Both the position numbers and the translations under genes were made by a program. The notes beneath the pieces are model-generated. The model was not told the origin of the DNA. It ran no database searches and saw nothing but the letters and a program-made list of their open reading frames with translations. DNA of 64,000 nucleotides, from assembly GCF_048593235.1 (NCBI RefSeq), contig NC_133619.1, forward strand, positions 297,118,454 to 297,182,453, in the 5' to 3' direction. Of this stretch, positions 40,384 through 52,535 are shown piece by piece (the stretch's first letter is position 1; each line of letters begins with the position of its first letter). Origin of the DNA: Sminthopsis crassicaudata (lineage: Eukaryota).

Positions 40384-40456
40384 TAAGATCAGGGGTGAAA
40401 CAAGGTTGCCCACTATCACCAGTACTATTCAATATTGTATTAGAAATGTTAGCTTT
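40384..40456 (+). mobile_element. Older L1, 5' piece (RT segment [23 protein letters not shown])
   Basis: agatcaggggtgaaacaaggttgcccactatcaccagtactattcaatattgtattagaaatgttagcttt is a diverged homolog of 41031-41100, and its continuation resumes at 43333. Confidence 0.85.
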
Positions 40457-43317
40457 ATTAATCAACTCCCTAAGAAAAAATCCCCAGGGCCAGATGGATT
40501 TACATATGAATTCTACCAAACATTTAAAGAACAATTAGTCCCAATGTTATATAAACTATTTGAAAAAATAGGAAATGAAGTAGTCTTATCAAACTCCTTA
40601 TGACACAGACATGGTACTGATACCTAAACCAGGTAGGTTGAAAAATGAGAAAGAAAACTATAGACCAATCTCCTTAATGAATATTGATGCTAAAATCTTA
40701 AATATGATATTACCAAAAAGACTTCAGAAAATCATCCCCAGGTTAATACAACATGATCAAGTAGGATTTATACCAGGAATGCAAGGCTGGTTTAATATTA
40801 GGAAAACTATTAGTATAATTGACCATATTAATAATCAAATTAATAAAAATCATATGATCACCTCAATAGATGCAGAAAAAGCATTTGATAAAATCCAACA
40901 TCCTTTACTACTAAAAGCACTTGAGAGTATAGGAATAAATAGACTATTCCTTAAAATAGTCAGGAGCATATATTTAAAACCGTCAGTAAGCATCATATGT
41001 AATGGGGATAAACTGAAACCTTTCCCAGTGAGATCAGGAGTGAAACAAGGTTGCCCACTGTCACCATTACTATTCAATATTGTATTAGAAATGCTAGCCT
41101 CAGCAATAAGAGTAGAGAAACAGATTAAAGGAATTAGAGTAGGTAATGAGGAAATCAAACTATCACTCTTTGCAGATGACATGATGGTAAACTTAGAGAA
41201 CCCCAGAGATTATAATAAAAAGTTATTAGAAATAATTCACAACTTTAGCAAAGTTGTTGGAGACAAAATAAATCCACATAAATCCTCAGCATTTTTATAC
41301 ATCACCAACAAAATCCAACAGCAAGAGATACAAAAAGAAATTCCTTTCAAAATAACTGTTGAGAGTATTAAATATTTGGGAATCTATCTACCAAAGAAAA
41401 GTCAAGAATTATATGAGCAAAAAAAAAAAAAAAAAAAAACAAACACTTGCCACAAAAATAAAGTCAGATTTAAATAATTGGAAAGACATTAAGTGCTCTT
41501 GGATAGGCCAAGAGAATATAATAAAGATGACAATACTCCCTAAACTAATCTATTTATTTAGTGCTATACCAATCAGACTCCCAAGAAACTATTTTAATGA
41601 CCTAGAAAAAATAACAACAAAATTCATATGGAAGAACAAAAGGTTGAGAATTTCAAGGAAAATAATGGGAAAAAAAATCAAATGAAGGTGGCCTAGATGG
41701 ACCTGATCTAAAATTATATTATAAAACAGCAGTCACCAAAACCATTTGGTATAGGCTAAGAAATAGATTAGTTGATCAGTGGAATAGGTTAGGTTCACAG
41801 GACAAAATAGTGAACAATTATAGCAGTCTAGTGTTTGCCAAACCCAAAGATCCCAACTTTTGGGATAAGAATTCATTATTTGACAAAAACTGCTGGGAAA
41901 ACTGGAAATTAGTATGGCAGAAATTAAATATGGACCCACACAACACCATATACCAAGATAAGATCAAAATGGGTCCATGATTTAAGCATAAAGAATGAGA
42001 TCATAAATAAATTAGAGGAACATAGGATAGTTTACCTCTCAGACTTGTGGAGGAGGAAGGAATTTGTGACCAAAGGAGAACTAGAGATCATTATTGATCA
42101 CAAAAATAGAAAATTTTGATTACATCAAATTAAAAAAGCTTTTGTACAAACAAAACTAATGCTAACAAGATTAGAAGGGAAGTAACAAACTGGGAAAACA
42201 TTTTTACAGGTAAAGGTTCTGATAAAGGCCTCATTTCCAAAATATATAGAGAACTGATTCTAATTTATAAGAAATCAAATCATTCTCCAATTGATAAATG
42301 GTCAAAGGATATGAACAGACAATTTTCAGATGATGAATTGAAACTATTTCCACTCATATGCAAGAGTGTTCCAAATCACTATTGATCAGAGAAATGCAAA
42401 TTAAGACAACTCTGAGAAACCACTACACACTTGTCAGATTGGCTAAGATGGCAGGAAAAAATAATGAATGTTGGAGGGGATGTGGAAAAACTTGGACAAT
42501 GATACATTGTTGGTGGAGTTGTGAAAGAATCCAACCATTCTGGAAAGCAATTTGGAATTATGCCCAAAAAGTTATCAAACTGTACATACCCTTTGATCCA
42601 GCAGTACTACTACTACTACTGGGCTTATATCCCAAAGAAATACTAAAGAATGGAAAGGGACCTGTATGTGCCAAAATGTTTGTGGCAGCCCTTTTTGTAG
42701 TGGCTAGAAACTGGAAAATGAACGGATGCCCATCAATTGGAGAATGGTTGGGTAAATTATGGTAAATGAATATTATGGAATATCATTGCTCTGTAAGAAA
42801 TGACCAGCAGAATGAATACAGAGAGGCTTGGAGAGACTTACATGAGCTCATGCTGAGTGAAATGAGCAGAACCAGGAGATCATTATACACTTCAACAACA
42901 ATACTGTATGAAGATGTATTCTGATGGAAGTGGATATCTTCAACATAGAGAAGAGCTAATCCAATTCTAATTGATCAATGATGGACAGAATCAGCTACAC
43001 CCAGATAAGGAACACTGGGAAATGAGTGTAAACTGTTTGTACTATTGTCTTTCTTCCCAGGTTATTTTTACCTTCTGAATGCAATTCTTCCTGTGCAACA
43101 AGAAATTCTGTTCTGCATACATATATTGTATCTAGGATATACTATAACACATTTAACATGTATGGGATTGCCTGTCATCTGGGGGGGGGGGTAGAGGAAA
43201 GGAAGGAAAATTTGGAACAGAAGTGAGTACAAGGGATAATGTTGTAAAAAAAAAATTACCCATGCATATGTACTGTTAAAAATTATAATTATAAAATTAA
43301 TTTTAAAAATTAAAAAA
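40457..43317 (+). mobile_element. Younger 5'-truncated LINE-1 (ORF2 from the PGPDG region through 3'UTR and A-rich tail), nested inside an older L1
   Basis: ORF2 motifs [55 protein letters not shown] and C-terminal HCWW. A-rich 3' end at about 43275-43317. Flanked by AGAAATG(T/C)TAGCTTT at 40442-40456 and 43318-43332. Confidence 0.93.
40611..41477 (+). pseudogene. L1 ORF2 reverse-transcriptase fragment (288-aa open stretch; frameshifted on both sides)
   Basis: ORF track protein has RT motifs ([25 protein letters not shown]). The frame breaks near 40600 and at an expanded poly-A run near 41418-41440. Confidence 0.92.
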
Positions 43318-43674
43318 AGAAATGCTAGCTTTGGCAATAAGAGAAGAAAAAGAGATTAAAGGAATTAGAGTAGGTGATGAGGAAACCAAATTTTCATTCA
43401 GTAGATAATATGATGAACCCAAAAGAATCAACTAAAAAACTACTAGAAACAATTCACAACTTTAGCAAAATTGCAGGATACAAAATAAATCCACATAAAT
43501 CATCAGCATTTTTATATATTGCCAACAAAATCCAGCAGCAAAAGATACAAAGAGAAATTCCATTTAAAATAACTGTTGATAGTATAAAATATTTGGGAAT
43601 CTATCTGCCAAAGGAAAGTCAGGAACTATATGAGCAAAACTACAAAACACTTTCCACAAATAAAGTCAGATCTA

Positions 43675-43711
<37 letters not shown>

Positions 43712-45390
43712 ATCTAATCTAGTTGGAAAATAGCAAGTGCTCATGGGTAAGCCAAGCGAATATAATAAAAATGATAATACTACCTAAATCAACTACTTAT
43801 TTAGTGCCATACCAATCAAACTTCTAAGAAATTATCTTACAGATCTAAAATAATAATAATAATAATAAAGTTTATCTGGAAAAACAAAAGATCAAAAATT
43901 TCAAGGGAATTAAAGGGAAAAAATGCAAATTAAGGTAGTCTAGCTATACCAGACTTAAAACTATATTATGAAGCAGTAGCCATCAAAACTATTTGGTACT
44001 GGCTAAGAAATAGAGTTGTTGATCAGTGGAATAGGTTAGATTCACAGGACAAAATAGTCAATGACTATAGTAGTATAAGTAAATTAGAAGAACAAAGGAT
44101 AATTTATCTCTCAGATTTGTGGAGAAGGAAGGAATTTGTGACCAAAGAAGAAATGGAGATCATTATTGAACAGCAAATATATAATTTTGATTATATCAAG
44201 TTAAAAAGTTTTTGTACAAACAAAATCAATGCAGACAAGATTAGAAGGGAAGCAATAAACTGGGAAAACATTTTTTACATTTAAAGGTTCTGATAAAGGC
44301 CTCATTTCTAAAATATATAGAGAATTGACCCAAATTTATAAAAATTCAAGACATTCTCCAATTCACAAATCATCAAAGGATATGAACAGACAATTTTCAG
44401 ATGAGGAAATTGAAACCATTCTAATCATATAAAAAGGTGCTCCAAATCACTATTGATCAGAGAAATGCAAATTAAGACAATTCTGAGCTATCACTACACA
44501 CCTGCCAGATTGGCTAAGAACAGGAAAAGATAATGACAGGAGAGGATGTGGGAAAACTGAGACACTTATACATTGTTAGTGGAACTGAAAGGTCTGATCA
44601 TTCTGGAGAGTACTTTGGAACTATGCTCAAAAAGTTATCAAACTATGCATATTCTTTGACCTAGCAGTGTTTCTACTGGGCTTATATCCCAAAGAGATCT
44701 TAAAGGAAGGAAAGGGACCCACATATGCAAAAATGTTTGTAGCAGCCCTTTTTGTAGTGGCTAGAAACTGGAAATTGAGTGGTTGCCCATCAGTTGGAGA
44801 ATGGCTAAATAAGTTATGATATATGAATGTTATGGAATATTATTGTTCTGTAAGAAATGACCAGCAGGATGATTTCAGAGACACCTAGAGAGATTCACAT
44901 GAACTGATGCTGAGTGAAATGAGCAGAACCAGGAGATCATTGTACATGGCAACAAGATTATACAATGATCAATTCTGATGGATGTGACTCTCTTCAACAT
45001 TGAGATAATTCAGACCATTTCCAATGATCTTGTGATGAAAAGAGCTATCTACTCAGAGATAGGAGTGTAGGAATTGAGTGTGATTTGCAATGTAGAATTT
45101 TCACTCTTTTCGTTGTTGTTTGCTTGCATTTTATTTTCTTTCTTGTTTTTTTCCTGTTTAATTTGATTTTCTTGTGCAGCAAGGTAATTGTATAAATATG
45201 TATGCATATATTGAATTTAGCATATATTTCCACTATGTTTAATATATATTGGATTCCTTACCATCTGGGGGAGGAAGGGGGGAAAGGGAAGGGAAAATTG
45301 GAACATAAGGTTTTGCAAGGGTTAATGTTAAAAAATTATCCATGTATATATTTTTAAAATAAAAAGCTTTAATAAAAAGGAAATAAAAAT
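43318..45390 (+). mobile_element. Older L1, 3' piece (ORF2 remainder plus 3'UTR) with an internal deletion and microsatellites
   Basis: Colinear with, but diverged from, 41090-43317. Lacks about 175 bp equivalent to 41828-42002 (junction near 44070). Ends in aataaaaagctttaataaaaagg. Confidence 0.9.
43671..43721. repeat. (TCTA)9 microsatellite flanked by TCTAA units, inside L1 ORF2
   Basis: Perfect TCTA run at 43676-43711. Confidence 0.95.
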
Positions 45391-46924
45391 AGAATGGGAG
45401 TAAAAATCATCATCAAGGAATTGTGTAATAGAGAGAAAAGATGGGCTAGTCATAAAGCAAAACTGAAAGATGACAGATGGATAGTCAGAGTCCTCTACTG
45501 GTACCTTTGCAATGTTGGAAGAAAACAAGGAAAACCTCAAACATCTTGAGTGAACTCTGTGGGGTGAAGTTTTAGAGGTCTTGGGCAAGAGTTACATAAG
45601 ATGAGGAGGTGTGCATGGACAAAAATTTACATAATTGAAGGAATTTTCTGATCTGATAAGATTACAGATCCATTTGAGCACTCTCTGTGTCCAGAACTTC
45701 ACAATTTTCTTCTTAAAGAATATATTTCTATAATCTAGGCACTATGTCTCTATGTAGCCTAGTTAGTTAGTCTCTTGCCTTCTTCATTTCTAGAGGCATA
45801 TTTTTATTTTCTCACACATTTTTCTCCATCTTCCCCTTTTTCCACCTTTGCATTTAATTTTCTAAGTATACATCACTATGTCAAGGATTATTGATGTCAT
45901 AGGTGTAGGAACCTTTCTATAACTTAATGAAGTCTTAGAAAGTTGACTAAGGATAAGACATTAAGTGATTTGCCCTTGGACACTTAATTCATAAGTTAAA
46001 AAGGTGGTATTTAAACCCATTTTTTTACTTCAAATCCAGCATTCTACTATGTCACACTGCTGGCCATGTGTCTGCTCCAATATCAAAATATATGTTGTTT
46101 TCATATGGAGTATCTTCACAAAATCTCTCTACCTCCTCATTTTCAGGATGAGATATTAGTGCATGAGCTATATTTTTAAACTGTGGTTCTTTTTTCTTAT
46201 TCCTCTCAGAAATATGGTAAGGCAAGATGATCAAGTGTTCCATGGAATGGTATTTCATGTTGTCTTCGGATACATGCTCAGGCCAGCTCAGCCAATTCAT
46301 TTATTTGTTTCTACAAGTAGAATGTGTGGCCCTGCCAATCATTTGGCTACAACTTACATCATTGGGTTTTATTTATAGCTGAAAATGGCAATGATGAGTA
46401 GACTCAGTTCCCCCAATAATAATAAAAACTCAACATTTTATAGGCTTGTAATGTACATTCATCACAACAATCCTGAAAATTAAACATCATAAGCACTGTT
46501 ATCTTCATATTCCAGCTGAAGAAACTAAATCAATCAAGTTACTTTTCCAAGATCACAAAACCTGTATCTGAGGCAATTTTAAAACTCAAGTTTCCTAATT
46601 TCAATGCAGCATATTTTTACCACTATTCCACGCTGCTATTAAGTGATAAGTTGATTTTTTTGGTTGCTAAGACAACATCCTTATTCCTTTTTAGAAAAGC
46701 TGATATTAATATATTGTCACAGGAAGAAAGTATTTAGGGATTCTAAACTGTACATTGACTAAAATTTTAAACATTAGGGAGGTTATAGATTCCTGATACT
46801 TTCAAGTCGCCTATAGGTCTTTGAATATGAATGAGATGGATTACCATTCTAAAACTTATTTTTTTTTTGAGAACAAGTCTAAGTGACTTGCATACGCACA
46901 CATCTACACACACACACACAAACA

Positions 46925-47605
46925 CACACAAGATTCAAAACTTCCTGTTGTTGTTCAGTTGTTCTTTGCTCCTGTCTAAGATCTTGGGATCCCATTGGGG
47001 TTTTCTTGGTAAAGATACTAGAATAGTGAGGAAACTAAGACAAAAGGGTTGTGACTTCCCCAGGATCACATCGCTAATAAGTATCTGAGGCCAGATTTAT
47101 ACTCAGGAAAATTAGTCTTCTGGACTGCAAGCCCAATTCTCTGTTCACTGAGCCATTTAACTGCCCAATGTCTCATAGCATGGTCCTTTTTCACTGATCT
47201 CTAGCATCATGGATTTAAAGATTGAAATGACTTTAAAGATTGTTTATTGCAAATCCTTCCTTTTTACAAATGAGAAAACTAAGAACCTGAAAGGATAAGA
47301 ATATTCATTCAATGTATAAACTTATTGAGCAATTATCTACCAAGTAAAACCTGGCAGTGCAGCTATCATAAGAATAATTTTGACAATTGTACTTTATCTA
47401 ATTACAAGGTGAAGCAATGAACAGAGTGTCAAGTCTGGAGTCAGAGAGATTCATCATCATGAGTTCAAGTTTGTCTCAGTTCCCTCTTTTGTAAAATAAG
47501 TTGGAGAAGGAAATGACAAATTTCCATTTTTTCTCCAATATTTTCACCAAGAAGACCCCAAATGGGGTCATGAAAAGTCAAACATAACTGAAAAAACAAC
47601 TGAAA
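46925..47605. mobile_element. Two oppositely oriented Mar1-type SINEs (about 46925-47165 -, 47400-47605 +)
   Basis: ttgttgttcagttgttctttg...gaggaaactaag, and ctggagtcagagagattcatc...aaatggggtcatgaaaagtca. Confidence 0.7.
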
Positions 47606-48813
47606 GTATAAAGACAAAAACAAGTCATAGAGGCATTAAGTAGGAAAGAATTACTTAAATAAGGCTTTCTGACTCCAAACCTATAGTCATTTCCTCTACA
47701 CCATGCTGAAGTTCTTTTCATTTTCATTTTTGGTATTTTTCTTGTTCCTCCCCTGCTTTCTCCCTTATTTTTTTTCCTGATCAAAAAAAAATAATAATAA
47801 TAAACAAGCAAATACTTGACAATGAACATTTCAATCCTCCCAAACACAAGTACTGTTTCAGGCAGACAGATCATCAAAACATACCAAGACCATTGCCAAG
47901 GTCCAGCAGGGTCATCAGTACAATCAGGAAAACATAAGCATTCCAGACTTGTTCATTTAATCATGGTCATGTTGATAGACAGACAAACAGATAAATAAAT
48001 AGATAGATAGATGGACAGACACAATATCTACAGACACAGAGATTTTAAGCTATTAGAGAGCATTTTTAGGTATCTGGGAAATTTTTCTAAATAATAAGTG
48101 CTGTTGTTGATTTTAAGAAAAGTATTCTATGTCCTTTATAAATTTGTCTTAAATTTTGAATTTCTTGAAATGATACTTAAAAGCATATACATATATCTGT
48201 AGATATATATGTGTACATATCTATATATAATACATACATACAGTATTGATGCAATGCTTAAAGGAAAGATTTTCTTTCATTTCAACTTATTTGACATATA
48301 TATTTTACTCCAAACAGGAAAAAAGGACATAATTCAAAGTTTTGGCACATAAAATGTTGAATAGGCTAATGTCAAGATCAGCCAGCTAATTTCCAAAATT
48401 GGCTGGCAGATGCCACTGGCAGTACCAGGGAAATGTGAATATTAGAAAACAGCTAACTTAATCTCTCCTGATCTCAATTTCCATATTCATAAAATAAGGA
48501 CGTTGACCTAGAAGACCCCCATCTTCTTTCTAGCCCTGAAATTCCTTGTATTTCTATGAACCTATTCTTAACAGAGACTGCATGGAGCTGGCAATTGCTA
48601 AGCAAGAATATATTGCCATGATCGTGAATATAGGGATTGCATGAAAAGGAAAAAGAAAGCTCTCTATATGTTTATGCAATAAAATATAAGTTAATTCAAT
48701 AGAATGCTATCTTCCAGAAAACAGATTTCCCCACCATGGAGCACATAAACACATCAATTTAGTGCTAGAAGGGATCTGGCAAGTCATCTTATCTACTGAA
48801 AATGGCTAACATA

Positions 48814-48889
48814 CAGGATGTCCCAAAAGTCTTAATACAGTTTTAAGCATAATAAGTTAAAACTACACTAAGACTTAAGGGACACGCTA
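48814..48889. mobile_element. Palindromic Tc1/mariner-type MITE (about 76 bp)
   Basis: Arms caggatgtcccaaaagtcttaatacagttttaag and gttaaaactacactaagacttaagggacacgcta pair at 25 of 34 positions. Preceded by TA (48812-48813). Confidence 0.7.
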
Positions 48890-49799
48890 TGAATAGACTT
48901 AAAAAGCACTTTCCAAAGGTTAACTCATTTAATCCTTAAAACAAATCTGTGAAGTAGGTGCTATCATTATCCTTATTTTGAAGATGAGAAAATTGAGACT
49001 GAGGGCCCCAGGAATTTGCCCAGTGTCACAGAGCTAACAAGTGCCCAAGGCAAGATTTTAATTTGTGTTTTCCTGCCTTCAAGTTCAATGTTGTATCCGC
49101 TGTGCCAGCTATTGTCTCCATACCACCGTTTTATAAGTGAAAAAACTGAGGTACAAAGAAGAGTTGAATATTGCTTGGGTGACACAAGCAAATTGTGATT
49201 AAGCAGGAATGACACAAAATTCAGAGCTCTATCTATCTACTCCACAATGCTGTTATGGTGGATATTATCTATTTCTCCTCAGTTCAGGAAATAAAAATCT
49301 ACTTACACTAGGGAAGTTTTTACATTTTCTCCAGGTCCTTTAGAGGAAAGTTAATTTAATGGAAGCAAATCACTTGAATTAAATCAAATCCAAATAGATT
49401 TCAAGCAGTTTGGTAACTCCACTTTTCTTACCACTCCCTTTTCCTACCCCTACACATTCTTCCACCATCACCACTATCCCTACCCCACACACACATAAGA
49501 AATGAGCCTCTCTCAGCAAGTTGGACATAGAAATTAGATTCCCAAAACAATTTTAGTTAAGCTAAGTGTCTCAGAGACACAGACAGAAATCTTCACACAG
49601 CACTTCTCTATACACGCAATAGCCATTGAGAAGGTTTGCATAATTTGACAATTTATTACTTCCTGTGAGACCACATGAAAAACAGCTGTACTGAAACTGT
49701 AGTGCTGGGACTATTATCTAAGGAAAGGGAGTACCCATTTCTGAATCCAGTTCAGAAAACTTAGTTTTGTATCTTGCTTTATAAAAGGAAGCTCCCTTT

Positions 49800-49985
49800 A
49801 GATGCTTAACCTAGAATCTCTGAACTTAAAAAATAAAATTTTGATAACTATTTTAAGATAATTAGATTCCTTCTTAATCCCACATATTTTATTTTATTGA
49901 TTTAAAAGTGTGCTTCTGAGATGGAGCCCATAAGCTTCACCAGACTGCTAAAAGTCCCATAGCATAAAAAAGGTTAAGAACTATT
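49800..49985 (-). mobile_element. Second copy of the same hAT/MER-type element
   Basis: cttaacctagaatctctgaac...tattttatttt...ataagcttcaccagactgctaaaagtcccatagcataaaaaaggttaagaac is the reverse-complement homolog of 154-231 plus 674-812. Confidence 0.7.
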
Positions 49986-50751
49986 TTTAAAGTCTATCCA
50001 AAGAGGTATTTTATGGATTGTTTTTTATAAACCCATATTTATTAGGTCAACCTTAGCTTCCATAGTTTCAGAGAAGTTAATAGACAGCTCAATTTATTAG
50101 TTTAACTATTGAATAAAACAGTACGCAATGTAGTCAGACCTCATTAATATGAACCCCTTCTCTCTAAATTTGCCAAGACATTGAGCACTTACTAAGTAAC
50201 TATATGTGGATCATCTTGCTATAAGCATTGGGTTTGGAAAGAAAGGCCAAAAACCAATGCTATTTTTAAAGGGTTCATAATTTTGTAGAGCAGATAACAG
50301 AAAAACAACTATGTACAAACAACATATATGCAACATAAATTGGAGATAGTTTCAGAAAGAAGACACTAAGATTAAAGAAAACAGGGGAAAGCTTCTTTCA
50401 GAAGTCAGAATTTTAGCCAAGACTTGGAAACCTAGGGAAGCCAAGAGATAGAAGTAAAAAGGGAACCAATTCCAAATATGGAAGACCACTAATGAAAATG
50501 CCTAGAGGCAGGAGATAAGGTGTTGTAGGAAAACATTTGACAGGAGTTGGGTTTAGAAAATGATTTGCTAATAAAGTTAATACTTGATTATTAGCAAAAT
50601 TTTCAGAAATTCTGTTTAATTACCTGTGGGATTATTTTCAGCTTTGTGAGAAAGCAATTCTAGACATTGTCATGAATCCTTCCCTGGGTCCAAGATCTCT
50701 AAAGGTCAAATTCTGCAGTGCTACATGCAATTCTATTCTTGTCCTTGTGTT

Positions 50752-50773
50752 TGTGTGTGTGTGTGTGTGTGTG
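50752..50773. repeat. (TG)11 microsatellite
   Basis: Direct count. Confidence 0.9.
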
Positions 50774-52311
50774 TTTTATTTATTTTAGAGTGCCTTTTCC
50801 AAATTCAGACCTTTTAATTACTTGCACTCAGACTTCCCTCTCACCAACTGGTAGCAGAGATGATTTATATTGTACCTTTGATGCGATATTTCTCTTATGC
50901 AATATTACAATGTTTAGGATTTAGATGTGGAAGGAAGTTTAGGTAATCTTCTTCATTTTTCACATCAGGAAATTGAGTAACTTGCCTAAGAGCCCCAAAG
51001 TTATAAGAATTAGAATTTGAAGACAAGTAAAACTTCCAATTCCAAATCCAGGCCTCTTTACTCCACACCACAGTTCCATTTGATACAGACTTCATCTTCC
51101 TTATTACAAGGTCATATTCCTGCCAGAGGCTTTTCTAAGTCCTAATTTTGCTGAATTTTCACAGACTTGCTCCCAGAGAATGTGACTTTGTGCCACTGTG
51201 ATGTCCTGATAAGAAAAGTATTTTTTCCTTTTGGGTGATAGAAGCAAAGCAAAGCACTTACCTGGCAAACTCCTGGTATTCTTTGGCCATCCTTCCTGAA
51301 GGATTCAAAGATGCTTTTATTTTCCAACCAGAATCCCATATTTCATTTAAAGAAAGGATTCACTAAACCAAGCTGCTGACTTCAATAGAGGGCAATTTTT
51401 CATCAACCAAGTCTGTCAAATTCATTTCATTTTATAAATTGAACAGTCGACTCTTTGTGTTTTCAATCAACCATAAGAAAATGGCATTCTTTTTGACTGT
51501 GTTTTATTTTGGTATGTTCTGTCTTTTTGTTAAGGATTAGAAAAAATAACTGGATAGTGTGCTGCTTTTTGATTTGTATGATATTTACAAAGCCCAATAA
51601 AATCTAGGTTTTTGCAAGCAAGATTATATGACTTTTCTTCCCACCTTTGAGAAGATGATAAGGGTATCAGTTATTTTAAATATATGAAAACAAAGGTATA
51701 TTGTATGTTTGAGAACCTGAATAGGGGCAGAAGAGTTAGGAACTATTCAGGACTGAGATCTAACTAGCATTTGTATTTTCTTTTTCTTCTTTCAAGCTTT
51801 TTTCACCTCATGATTCTCCTATGAAAGGTAAAGTTAAAGTGGGAAAAGCCATGAGCTTAAAATCAGAATCACTAGATTTGAATATAGGCTCTAATATATT
51901 ACAACAGACTACTTAAACCCATTAGCCTTCAGTTTCCTCATCTATAAAGCTATGATGTTAACAATCTCACTAATCTATTTCAAAATATAAGATGAAAAAA
52001 AAGTATTTTTAAATTTTGAAATGCTATGTAAATTTGAGTTACCTATAAAGTTGTCTATCTACCAGAGAAGGATCCATTTCCTAATAAAAATTGTCAGGGA
52101 GAAACAGCATGGGTAGAGAGGAGCCTTGGAATTGCATTTCTTTTACTGACCTATTATATTGACTATGTAACCCTGCTCAAGGCATCAAACCTCTCTCTAG
52201 CAATTCTCTAAGACTATTAAGTTGTAGGACCAGTACTAATCCTTACTGTCAGGAAGATATTTCAGAGGAAAATTATGCTAATAATGACGTAGGATCAACT
52301 GGGGGGAAAAT

Positions 52312-52535
52312 GGCAGATGATAAAACAGTGATAGAGTACCTGCTTGGTCAGAGTCAGAAGAACTTGAGTTCAAATTTAGCCTCTAACAAGTCACTTAATC
52401 CTGTTTGCCTCAGTTCCTTAATTATAAAATGAACTAGAAAAGGATATGGCAAACCACTCCAGTATTTCTGCCAAGAAAATCTCAAATAAAGTCACAAGGA
52501 GTTGGACATGACTAATTCATTAAATAACAACAGGC
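52312..52535 (+). mobile_element. Mar1-type CORE-SINE
   Basis: gatagagtacctgcttggtcagagtcagaagaacttgagttcaaat...aaaccactccagtatttctgccaagaaaa...gttggacatgact. Confidence 0.78.

Noticed and set aside
40457-43317. Retrotransposition-competent L1
   Set aside because: It is 5'-truncated (no promoter, ORF1 or endonuclease) and ORF2 has several frameshifts and stops.
40369-45403. TSD for the older L1 (aaaaagaataggagataa vs aaaatagaatgggagtaa)
   Set aside because: Suggestive, but it needs indels and mismatches in A-rich sequence, so it is not reliable enough to claim.
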